DNA of 64,000 bases, taken from Nemertoderma westbladi. Its lineage: Eukaryota; Animalia; Xenacoelomorpha. Every line of letters begins with the position of its first letter. Position 1 is the stretch's first letter. Location of the stretch: NCBI GenBank assembly GCA_032718475.1, contig JAUCBJ010009116.1, positions 62,714 to 126,713 on the forward strand, written 5' to 3'. Positions 52,350-64,000 of this stretch are shown piece after piece. A model generated the notes under the pieces. The model made no database searches. It was not told the origin of the DNA and saw nothing but the letters and a program-made list of their open reading frames with translations. The translations under genes and the position numbers were made by a program.

Positions 52350-52442
52350 TTATTGTTTACGTGGTATCCAATGACGGCGTTAAGTAATGTCCCCTTAGTG
52401 GACATTACTTAACGCCGTCATTTGTTACCACGTAAACAATAA
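52350..52442. repeat. 93-bp near-perfect palindrome
   Basis: ttattgtttacgtggta-tcc-aatgacggcgttaagtaatgtcc ... ggacattacttaacgccgtcatt-tgt-taccacgtaaacaataa. Confidence 0.9.
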
Positions 52443-53162
52443 CACCAAATACAATACTAATTGTACATGCAAATACAATGCTGTAATTTCCTTAAAAGTT
52501 GTAAGTGCTAAATAACAACTCGCTGTTAATACTAACGGCGTTGAGTAATGTTACAATTTTGGAATAAAGAGTTATAACACCAAAAATACACCATACCCCC
52601 TTCATTTAGTTTATTTAACACCCACAATTCACCCCCCCCCCTTAATTATTCTACATATTATAGTTCTATAATCGGCGAGCAGCGTTCGAGTTACAATTAG
52701 CATGCTACGCCGGCTTATCGATAATATAGCGCCGCCACAACTCGCTACCCCCCTTGACTTTCGCCAGTTTATCAGCTCGCTCGACCTAGTAGTAGTAAAA
52801 CTGAGTTCGTTTATTGTATTTATACATAAAAGTTGCAATTCTACAGTGGTTATATAATTTTCGCAGTACCATTGGCTACAGATATTGCAAACTGAGATGG
52901 CAACAGTAGCCGATGGTTAAACATTCGAAATTACGGAATTACGGAATCCCAAACGCGGTAACTATAGAAACCACTCCAACCCAAACTAAATGTAGTAAAT
53001 GCGCAAAATCACTTTACCTAGTCCGTTTTCCAATGAAACCAAAGATATATTCAATTATTGTTATCTTAATTAGCCTGACTTCTAATATTTAGACAACAAA
53101 AACATGACTCCACAATAATTCTATTAGCGAAATCTAGAATTACGCAAATTATAATAACTAGA

Positions 53163-53451
53163 TTACGTTGAGGAATGTCTCCGTCGCATCCGATTGGCTA
53201 AACGGCCTTCCATTGCCGCGATCATAGCTTCATTGCCTAACTCCTTGCTGAGTTCCAATGGACTCCGATTGGCCAAATTCTTTATGCGAGTTGAGGCTCC
53301 CAATGAGATTAACAATTGAGCGGCCAAACAGCTGTTATTGAGGGCGGCAACATGAAGAGCTGTATTCCCAGCCCAATCTTTAATGTCCCAACTGGTAAAT
53401 CCGGCATCTTGGTACATACGGATACCGGCAACATCGTCCATGCGCGTCCAT
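53163..53451 (-). CDS. Terminal exon of an ankyrin-repeat protein (resembles the C-terminal ankyrins of asparaginase/ASPG-type proteins; family uncertain)
   Basis: tttgtttag|A WTRMDDVAGIRMYQDAG...DWAGNTALHVAA...LLISLGA...NLANRSPLELS...*; ankyrin consensus G.TALH.AA. Confidence 0.8.
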
Positions 53452-53499
53452 CTAAACAAATAATAATCAAACAATAACTATTGGAACACATCCTCCCAT

Positions 53500-56314
53500 A
53501 CCTTATCAAAAACCTTACCTAACACTACAAACTTATCAAATACATCAACAACCTTACCAAATATATCAACAACCTTACCAAACACATAACCAAGAAGTTT
53601 ACCAAACACAACAACCTTATACCAAACAAATCAACAACCATACCAAATATATCAACAACCTTACCAAACACATAACCAAGAAGTTTACCAAACACAACAA
53701 CCTTATACCAAACAAATCAACAACCATACCAAATATATCAACCACCTTACCAAACACAACAACCTTATACCAAACAAATCAACAACCATACCAAATATAT
53801 CAACAACCTTACCAAACACAACAACCTTATACCAAACAAATCAACAACCATACCAAATATATCAACAACCTTACCAAACACATAACCGAGAAGTTTACCA
53901 AACACAACAACCTTATACCAAACAAATCAACAACCATACCAAATATATCAACAACCTTACCAAACACATAACCAAGAAGTTTACCAAACACAAAAACCTT
54001 ATACCAAACAAATCAACAACCATACCAAATATATCAACAACCTTACCTAACACATAACCAAGAAGTTTACCAAACACAACAACCTTATACCAAACAAATC
54101 AACAACCATACCAAATATATCAACAACTTTACCAAACACATAACCAAGAAGTTTACCAAACACAACAACCTTATACCAAAAAAATCAACAACCATACCAA
54201 ATATATCAACAACCTTACCAAACACATAACCAAGAAGTTTACCAAACAAATCAACAACCATACCAAATATATCAACAACCTTACCAAACACATAACCAAG
54301 AAGTTTACCAAACACAACAACCTTATACCAAACAAATCAACAACCATACCAAATATATCAACAACCTTACCAAACACATAACCAAGAAGTTTACCAAACA
54401 CAACAACCTCATACCAAACAAATCAACAACCATACCAAATATATCAACAACCTTACCAAACACAACAACCTTATACCAAACAAATCAACAACCATACCAA
54501 ATATATCAACAACCTTACCAAACACATAACCAAGAAGTTTACCAAACACAACAACCTTATACCAAACAAATCAACAACCATACCAAATATATCAACAACC
54601 TTACCAAACACATAACCAAGAAGTTTACCAAACACAACAACCTTATACCAAACAAATCAACAACCATACCAAATATATCAACAACCTTACCAAACACATA
54701 ACCAAGAAGTTTACCAAACACAACAACCTTATACCAAACAAATCAACAACCATACCAAATATATCAACAACCTTACCAAACACATAACCAAGAAGTTTAC
54801 CAAACACAACAACCTTATACCAAACAAATCAACAACCATACCAAATATATCAACAACCTTACCAAACACAACAACCTTATACCAAACAAATCAACAACCA
54901 TACCAAATATATCAACAACCTTACCAAACACATAACCAAGAAGTTTACCAAACACAACAACCTTATACCAAACAAATCAACAACCATAACAAATATATCA
55001 ACAACCTTACCAAACACATAACCAAGAAGTTTACCAAACACAACAACCTTATACCAAACAAATCAACAACCATACCAAATATATCAACAACCTTACCAAA
55101 CACATAACCAAGAAGTTTACCAAACAAATCAACAACCTTATACCAAACAAATCAACAACCATACCAAATATATCAACAACCTTACCAAACACATAACCAA
55201 TAAGTTTGCCAAACACAACAACCTTATACCAAACAAATCAACAACCATACCAAATATATCAACAACCTTACCAAACACATAACCAAGAAGTTTACCAAAC
55301 ACAACAACCTCATACCAAACAAATCAACAACCATACCAAATATATCAACAACCTTACCAAACACAACAACCTTATACCAAACAAATCAACAACCATACCA
55401 AATATATCAACAACCTTACCAAACACATAACCAAGAAGTTTACCAAACACAACAACCTTATACCAAACAAATCAACAACCATACCAAATATATCAACAAC
55501 CTTACCAAACACATAACCAAGAAGTTTACCAAACACAACAACCTTATACCAAACAAATCAACAACCATACCAAATATATCAACAACCTTACCAAACACAT
55601 AACCAAGAAGTTTACCAAACACAACAACCTTATACCAAACAAATCAACAACCATACCAAATATATCAACAACCTTACCAAACACATAACCAAGAAGTTTA
55701 CCAAACACAACAACCTTATACCAAACAAATCAACAACCATACCAAATATATCAACAACCTTACCAAACACATAACCAAGAAGTTTACCAAACACAACAAC
55801 CTTATACCAAACAAATCAACAACCTTACCAAACACAACAACCTTATACCAAACAAATCAACAACCATACCAAATATATCAACAACCTTACCAAACACATA
55901 ACCAAGAAGTTTACCAAACACAACAACCTTATACCAAACAAATCAACAACCATACCAAATATATCAACAACCTTACCAAACACATAACCAAGAAGTTTAC
56001 CAAACACAACAACCTTATACCAAACAAATCAACAACCATACCAAATATATCAACAACCTTACCAAACACATAACCAAGAAGTTTACCAAACACAACAACC
56101 TTATACCAAACAAATCAACAACCATACCAAATATATCAACAACCTTACCAAACACATAACCAAGAAGTTTACCAAACACAACAACCTTATACCAAACAAA
56201 TCAACAACCATACCAAATATATCAACAACCTTACCAAACACATAACCAAGAAGTTTACCAAACACAACAACCTTATACCAAACAAATCAACAACCATACC
56301 AAATATATCAACAA
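53500..56314. repeat. 86-bp A/C-rich minisatellite built from four subunits of about 21 bp, about 33 copies
   Basis: Unit ccaaacacataaccaagaagtttaccaaacacaacaaccttataccaaacaaatcaacaaccataccaaatatatcaacaacctta; some copies lack one subunit. Confidence 0.96.
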
Positions 56315-56905
56315 TGTGACGGGATCAGTGGATCCCGACCGGTTTTGTTTCGTTACGCGTCACCGCGTTGTTGTGAAAAGATAATAGTTAGGGTAAACCT
56401 AGTTGTTGTTCTGATATCGTTTGACTAACTGACGCAGATATAATATAATAGCACAGTTGAGAAATAAATGTAAAGGCAGAAATAAATGTAGTACCGGTAG
56501 TGGCGGTGACGGTACGAAATGTCACCGTACTGCACCTGATGATTGAGTAAACTGAGTAACTTTACTGCATGCAATATAATATATACATTGGTTAATCCTA
56601 CAGTATCTTGCCCTCTGTACCTAGCTGACGCTTTCCTCTCCCATTGGTTGATATACTAATTCTCGGCTCCCACCTCTGTGGGAGTGCTCCCCCCCCCCCC
56701 CCCCCCCCCGCTGCTGTTACTTTCCCTCCCCAAGAGGTTTGACCTATAACCTCTTTTGTGTGGCCCTTTGGGGCCGTGTGTTGTCCCCGTTATTGGGGGT
56801 GATACGAGGTTGATTGTAATCAACCTCGTACTACTCCCCAATATTGCTTAAAACGCCACTTCCCAACTTTATGGGGTCGGTGGGGCGGAATTGAATCCGC
56901 TCACA
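56315..56905 (-). repeat. 3' LTR of BEL/Pao copy 2, preceded by a polypurine tract
   Basis: On + it runs tgtgacgggatc...ccgctcaca, followed by ctcccccca (minus strand TGGGGGGAG, the PPT). Confidence 0.9.
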
Positions 56906-57844
56906 CTCCCCCCATGCTATCTTCCCGGTGAGAAGATAGCATCACCTTCGAGTGCGCTTCAATTCCGCTGGAACCCGATCTATTATCGGGTGTGGGGTGG
57001 AGTTCTCTTACTTGGAGTCGGCTTTCCGGGCCGCTCCCTCTGGGTACGATGTTACTACCCCCTCTTGGTGCAACCGCAACCTATGTTGCACCAAGATATC
57101 TGACGTCTCGGTTCGAGACAATTGTGGACTCCTCACACAATTTTAAAAATTCCTCTCACTCTAAGTTCACTTCAGCTCCACTCCAACTCCACTCTACTCT
57201 ATCTTACTCGTTCCCCACACCCGAATCGCACTCCTTTCACTTTCCCTTATCCTGTCAAACCTCCTCTCCATTCTCCCCCCCGATTCTCATTCTCACTTTC
57301 ATTCCTCACACACTTATTGGGCCCCATACATGTGCGCATCATGTTAGTGGGAGCCGTCTAAGTCCCGTCCTGTCGCCCTAGTCAATTAATCCCCAGTCCC
57401 AGTAACTAATTGGAAAAGGGTTGTGCTTGACTACGGTACAACTTCCAACTTCTCCCACCTCTGATATGGTGTATCCACCTCCCTGTCTACTAGATGCCGG
57501 TTGTTGTAGTACACCGACTCGTCCTTCAGCCCCGGGTGGTCTACCAGACCTCCGAAGGCCACCTTGAAGGCTCTTCTGTAGTTCGGGGGTGGTCCTGATA
57601 TTCTTAATTTTTAATTTTGATTTTTTTGTTTTGCCCGCATTTGCCCCTATTCTGTGCTATTATATTTGTACCTACCTCTCTACTTACTTCTTACTTACTA
57701 CTTACCATGCAACTCTCTTACTACTAACTCTATTAACTCTCTAAAACTCTACTAACTCTCTAACTCTACTAAGTCTCTAACTCTACTAAGTCTCCAACTC
57801 TACTAACTTTCTAACGGTACTATGTACCCTCCTAGTACTCTCTC

Positions 57845-58072
57845 GGTACTATGTACCCTCTTACTCCCGTGGTATGTCTCTATACCACACTCCCTGATCT
57901 CTAACTTCTACCTCTCCCGGTACTATGTACCCTCTTACTCCCGTGGTATGTCTCTATACCACACTCCCTGATCTCTAACTTCTACCTCTCCCGGTACTAT
58001 GTACCCTCTTACTCCCGTGGTATGTCTCTATACCACACTCCCTGATCTCTAACTTCTACCTCTCCCGGTACT
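57845..58072. repeat. 74-bp tandem repeat, 3 copies, in the BEL 3' UTR
   Basis: Units start at 57845, 57919 and 57993. Confidence 0.93.
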
Positions 58073-58329
58073 AACTTCTATCAACTTTCTAACTATTACT
58101 AACTTTCTAACTTTCCAACTACTACTAACTTTCTAACTACAACTAACTTCTGCTAACTTTCTATCTACTACTTAGTGCTACATACTATCTAGCACTATCA
58201 CTTTCTGACTTTCTCCTCTCTAACTTTCTTTCTATTATTTTATTTATTTTATTATTTTTTATTATTTGTTGTGGGAAGGGCGTCTCGCCCTCATTCCCAC
58301 CCCCCTCAGTCCAACATATTGGACGACTA

Positions 58330-61300
58330 AACTCTACGGTGCCCCTTCTAGGCAGCACTTTCCTACAGCCCTCCTGTAGGTCTTCCTATCTTTCGCTCCT
58401 ATCTTGCCCCCTATCCGTACTTCCACCGATCACACTCTTCCGTCCTCGTCGGAGTAAGTGTCTACTATTCTTGCTAGCCTCCACTGATTGTTGATGATGG
58501 TGTCGTCCGTAACGATCACCAAATCACCCTTCTTTAACTCTCTAGTGGTATTTCTCCACTTGCTCCTCCTATGTAATGTGGGTAGGTATTCCTCGACTTA
58601 TCGCCTTAGCGACTTTCCAACTCTGTCGGGAGTGTATGTCATCTGGGTCTACACCCCGCATGTCGATGGTCGCCGGCCTCTCCATTAGAAAGTGACTGGG
58701 TGTCAGCACATCTAATGATTCTGGGTCATCATTTTCTGGGTATAGCGGTCTGCTATTAATGATACCCTCGCACTTAGCTAGCTGGGTGTTCATCAACTTC
58801 GTCATCAGACGCTTGGAACTACCCACCTAAAGTATGTGGAGCATACGGCGTCCTCCTCTCCCACTTCACCTGTCGTCTTCTCATGGCTGCCCTGACTTCC
58901 TCCCCTTCCAGGATGTCCAAGGCCTCTGCCAGCTCGTTCTCCGCCCCCACAAAGTTGGTTCCATTATCGGAGTATATTACTGCGATCGTCCCACCTTTGC
59001 GGTCTCTGAACCTCTCTAGGGCATTGATGAATGCCGATGCGGTTGCGTCTTGGGCGAGTTCTATTCCTACCGCCCGCGTGTTGTTACATACGAAGATAAT
59101 GCCGTAGCGCTTCTCCGTGTGCCGCATCACCCTGATCTTTATCGGCCCGAACATATCTACACCGCAGTGCGTGAATGGCAGGTCGTGCTGTCTCACCCTG
59201 CTGGCCGGTAATGGCGCCATCTCCTGTACGGCCTGCTCCTTCCTCGTGCGTTGGCAGGTCTGGCACTGCCCCACTACCGCCTTCACCTTCTTTCTTAGCT
59301 GTGTGATCCAGAAGGTCCTCCGTATCTCCGTGAGGGTCCGGTTGGTGCCCCCGTGCAATATCGACTTGTGGGAGTCCCAAATGATCTGATGGACCATCGG
59401 CGATCTATTCGGGATGATGATGGGTTTCGGTGGGATAATGAGGCTGTTGTTACTTAGCACTCTAGAGTTCATTACTAAGATCCCATCGTCGTTGAGTTGT
59501 TGTTGTTTACCGACGCGCTCCACTTCGTCGCCGTAGTACCTTTTCTGTTTGTAGCGAATCACGGCCTTGGCCGCTCCCTCCAGATCGATGTTTGGTTTCC
59601 TCTTGGCGTCTTTGCCAATTCCCTTGAGGAAATCCCCGAAGGCTCTCCAGTACGCCACCAACTTCTTGGTCTTGTACCAACTTGAGCTGTAGCTGAGGAG
59701 TTTATCCGTCGGGTTATCGCATGGTTCTTCTGACTTTGGTTGCACCTCCCTAATCTCCCTCGCCATCTGACTATATATCTCTTCACCTTCTGAGTCTCCT
59801 CCCTCCTCCTCTAGTGTTACCTCCTCTGAGCCCGGGTCCATCTTCTTCATTGGTGGCCAGGCCGTCCTATCGTTCAGGAACTGTGGCCCGTGCTGCCACA
59901 ATACTTCCTTCCTCAAGAAAGTGTGGCGTACCACGCCCCTTGATAACAAGTTCTCGTCCGTTGGGCAGTAGTGCCACCTCTCCAAGTCTGTCGTCGCCCT
60001 TATTTCGTCCACCCTATTTGCGACGAATATAGGGTATCTCGTCTTCTCATTGTGCAGCCACCCTAGCACTGCCATGGAGTCCGTCCAGTAGTGTGTTTCC
60101 ACTATGTTGGGAATAGTGTCTATCAAGTAGGCTGTGGCCCTTACTCCTAATCTTGCAGCTGTCAACTCAAGTTTCGGGACCGATGCTGAATCTGGCGGCG
60201 TCGACTTTGCTTTGCTGAATGCAAGTCTGGGCTTGTGAGCCCCCTCTCATTGTACTAGGTAGAGTGCCGCTCCGTATGCTTCTAATGATGCATCGGAGAA
60301 CATGTGTAGATCCAGATCCATCATGTCCCCATCTGGGAAATACACGCGTGGAATGCTGTACGTCCCCATCTGTTCTAAACTCCCCGCCCACTTACTCCAC
60401 TGGTTGCTGATTTCTTCCGGGACCACTGTATCCCACTCATCCTTTAACTTATATACTTTCTTAAGTATCTGTTTCCCCGCAACTAATAGTGGGGATGCTA
60501 GGCCTAGGGGATCGTATATCCTTGCTATGTACGATACATAGCCCCTCTTTGTGCGGATGTCCGCGCCCTCCTGGCTCAGCTGATACTTGAACTCGTCTGT
60601 CTCTCGGTTCCACACGATCCCTAGTGCCTTTTGCTGGGACTCTACTCTTTTGTTCACCATGTCCTGTCCCTTGGCTGTTGTGGGGTTATCCATGGTCGAC
60701 TCTGGCCGTCTGTCCTCTATGGCTTTCATAAACTCTTCTGAGCTGGATTGGAACTTGGTCAGGTTAAACCCGGATCCCTTCAGGATGTCGCGAACCTCGC
60801 GCCCTGTATCCAGTAGTTATTTAACCGTGTTTCCAGACTCCATTCCGTCGTCTACATAGAAGCCGCATCGAATCATATCGACGGCTTTGGTGCTATATTT
60901 CTCCTCTTTCCCCTCTACTGTATCCCTCACAGCCACAGTCGTCGTAAATGAGGACGACTTGGCCCCCATATTCTGTACCACCATCTTGTACATCGGTATT
61001 GTCGACGGTTCTTCGTCGCCGTTGTACCATAGGAAGCACTGGCTGTCACTATCCTCCTCCATCACACGGACTTGGTTAAACATGCCTTCAATGTCGCAAG
61101 TGAAGGAATCGAATCATTTCTGAATCTGAGCAGGACCTCGATTCCTGAGTTATAGATATTAGGACCCTCCAGCAGATAATCGTTTAGGCATTTGCCGTTG
61201 GTCTTAGCCGATGCGTCAACTACCATCCGCAGTTTACCTTTCTTCGGGTCTAGAGCCACGTGAAGTGGAAGGTAATAGGTCCTGTCTGTGTTCGGTTCGT

Positions 61301-63300
61301 CGAGCAGCAACTCCACAGCCCATCCTTTCTCGACGTACTTCCTTATCGTCTTATGGATGTACTCATCCTTTTCGGGGCTCCGTTTCAGCGTTTGCTTCAG
61401 TTTGCGGAGCCTCGTGAGTACCATCCTCTTGTTGTCAGGCAACGGTAGCTTTGGCTGTTTCCACACCATGCCTATGGTGTACCGTCCCTCCTCACACCTC
61501 ATCGACTCCTTCACACTTTGTATTGCCTGTTTATCTTCTACCGAGGTTCCGACCCCAGTCTCTTTCAATCCCTCAAAGTCCTGCCTGAGTAGTCTCCTGA
61601 GCTGCTCCTCCGCTCCTTCATCTTCCATCTCCCTCATAGTTCCCGCGAACATGCACCCTGATGTCTCCGACATCCTAAACGGAATCTTAGTCCTGATTGA
61701 GCCGCTTAGCGTCCACCCGAATGGTGTTAAAATTGCCACCGGGTCACGCTGTCTATCTTCGCTGAAGACCGTCTGCATTCTCTCGTGGGCCGTCGGGCAG
61801 TCCATTCCTACTATAATGGATACCTTCCTAACGTCCACCTCTGGTATTGAGAAATCGATACGGTCCAGGAATCTATATTGTTCGACCTCGATTTTGGTTG
61901 GTCGCCTGGCGTTGATATTTATCGATTCTATCACCTGGATGGGGTCGATCGTCGCCCCATAATCGCATCCCGGTGCTATCGCTGCTATCCCGCACCATCC
62001 GGTCCTCATCTCCAGGACCTCATCTTTGCTGGAGATGGTTGTTACCGCCATCCTACTTGGCCTCGTCTTCAATCCTATCTCTTCGGCCACACAATTCTCG
62101 ACCAATGTGAAGGCTGCTCCACTATCGACCAGCATCAGCGTAGTTACTGATCGATTGCCTTCTCCGATCACCCTCACTGGTACTACCCCGAGTAGTACCG
62201 TTCCTCTCTTCTTCGCCCCTACGGTGCTTGTCGCCATTGTCTGCCCTTTGCCTTGACTGAACTTAATTGGTGTTTCTTTACACTCCTCAACCTTGTGTCC
62301 CCCTATCACACATCGGTGACAAATTCCATTCTTATCCGCATAGGATTTTCGGTCCTGTTTGGGTAACGCCTGCCAATGCTTACAGTCCATGGTCTTATGG
62401 GTTCTGTCTTTATGTAATTGACATTTATATTATGGGTTGTAGCGTTCCCTATATAACCCTACACGTATTGCGCGTAGGTTTACGTCTACCGGCTTAGTGT
62501 TTTGGTTATTTGGCCTACTGGGTGTGTTGGGGTTATATTTGTTCATGTTGTTATTTTGTCCCTGTTCGTGCCACAGTCTGGCCCCACTTCCAGCTATCTG
62601 TGGACTTGCAGTCCCCTGTGTCGCCGCGTATGGTAGGGATTGTCTTAATTTTGGCAACGCATTCGCCGCGTTATGCTCTGGTTTCGGCCTGTTGTATTCG
62701 GCCCTCGGCCCCTTCCCCAGACTATCCTCGCTATAGACTGGGTCTGTGATCAATTCGGCTTCGTAGTTGAGGAAGCTCGACATTTCCTCCAAGCCCAGTT
62801 CCGCACCCTTCTTCTCTCGGGTGGAGAAAGCGATTTTTCTCCACTTATTGCGCAGCCAGATCGGCAGTGCCTGCGCTATCGTGGTGATGTTATTAGATGC
62901 GTTGAGTTTGTATGGCGCATCTAGCGTCTTCAACACGATTAGCGCCTTCTCGACTTTGTTCGCAAATGTCTTTATGCTAATGGGGTTATCCTGTAGGCCA
63001 CCCGATGTTATACCTCTTAGGGTCTGCCGGATGATCTTGGCCGGGTGCCCGTACTCCCTAGCGCCCGCACTCCCTAGCGCCCGCCATGCTGTCGTGAAGC
63101 CACCCTCGATGCCCTGGTACTGCCTCACGATGTCATACGCTGGGCCTTCTGTATACACCTGTAGATATTTTAGGCACTCCGCCTGCGTCAGGTTCTTAGT
63201 CAATATGCACGCTGTACATGCGCCGAAATTGCAGGTATTCTTCCGGCCTGCTTCCATCGAATTTAAATGGTTCTACAGGTGGTAACTCGATTCTGGTCTT
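58330..63300 (-). pseudogene. Disrupted gag-pol of BEL copy 2
   Basis: ORF pieces 62430-63257, 61062-62390, 60817-61083, 60247-60729, 58819-60165 and 58569-58826 carry consecutive Pao domains. Confidence 0.92.
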
Positions 63301-64000
63301 CAGTGCATCTGTTCGCGCTTTCAGACCTTTGGCAGTTTAACCCACCAAATTAAGATGTCTTCTAGATATTAAATCTGTTTTTTAGTCTATGACAAGTATT
63401 TGATTCACTACACTAGTCGAAACCAATCCGTGCGCGACCATTCACCCGTTGGATATTCCCGGGAGATTGGGTTCGACGGTTTAATTTTTATTGCTATATA
63501 AGCCTAATGTATTATTCGACTGACAGTATTATATAATCTCTGACAATATTATTCACCTTCGGTAATATTAACAGTTCCTTTAGGACGTGGCGCTTTATCT
63601 ATATAAACAGAGTTATGACTTAAACTACTCACATCGATATGGCTTAATTATAATTCACATATATGGCGCATTCTTTAGGAATTGCTTCTTTAACAGACTC
63701 ACTCATACACAATGCTGCACAATACTGCACACTAATCTGCCAATCTTCACTGATTTTAGTCACATATAAAAGGAACACAGGCTGACTCATGTAGGGTCTA
63801 TCAAATAACATTAGATTCACTTCAAACCACTTTAACATAAGTCACAATCGTTATTGGTAACCTTTCTCTCTTACCTTCGGTATATCAAGAATATTGGGTT
63901 GCGGGGTTATTTATCGTTATTCCAAATATAATAATTCATCAACCATATTATGAAGAACTGACAGTAAATAGCAGTATAAAACAACAACTGAACACTGATT

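Larger units (their letters stand above)
56315..63309 (-). mobile_element. BEL/Pao LTR retrotransposon copy 2, 5'-truncated and disrupted (gag core, PR, RT, RNase H, IN, 3' LTR)
   Basis: CHRCVIGGHKVEEC; LVDSGA; RMVVDAS, MFNQV, FYVDDG; FSDASLEAYGA, WTDSM; H..HGG..CQTC; GVDMFGP, YSDNGTNF. At least six stops or frameshifts split the ORF. Confidence 0.96.

Noticed and set aside
54085-55430. Short ORFs in the 86-bp array
   Set aside because: Repeat-derived; the unit length is not a multiple of three.
5051-56905. One giant composite LTR element bounded by the two LTRs
   Set aside because: The LTR interiors are highly diverged and each LTR belongs to its own internal region facing outward from this interval. 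The gag copies differ mostly at silent sites, as expected for separate subfamilies.

Overview
Animal (probably marine invertebrate; inferred) genomic DNA, rich in repeats, with spliceosomal genes. I rebuilt two divergently transcribed genes by hand from GT/AG sites and reading-frame continuity. One is a VWA7-like secreted protein on the minus strand (7 coding exons, 14284->6132, continuing beyond). The other is a complete stum/SPEC3-like membrane protein on the plus strand (6 exons, 16891-31487). The last exon of an ankyrin-repeat gene lies at 53163-53451 (minus). Mobile DNA includes two related but distinct BEL/Pao LTR retrotransposons (1-5587 and 56315-63309), RTE, CRE and L2/CR1 LINE fragments, two tRNA-derived SINEs and nested TIR elements with visible target-site duplications. 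A 17-kb array of a 41-bp satellite contains an assembly gap. The most striking pattern is four unrelated minisatellites whose unit is an exon-intron junction itself, giving arrays of about 7 to 66 decoy splice sites. One whole intron is built from a donor array joined to an acceptor array. The BEL element also lacks a tRNA primer-binding site and instead shows possible self-priming complementarity and conserved LTR-terminal hairpins.
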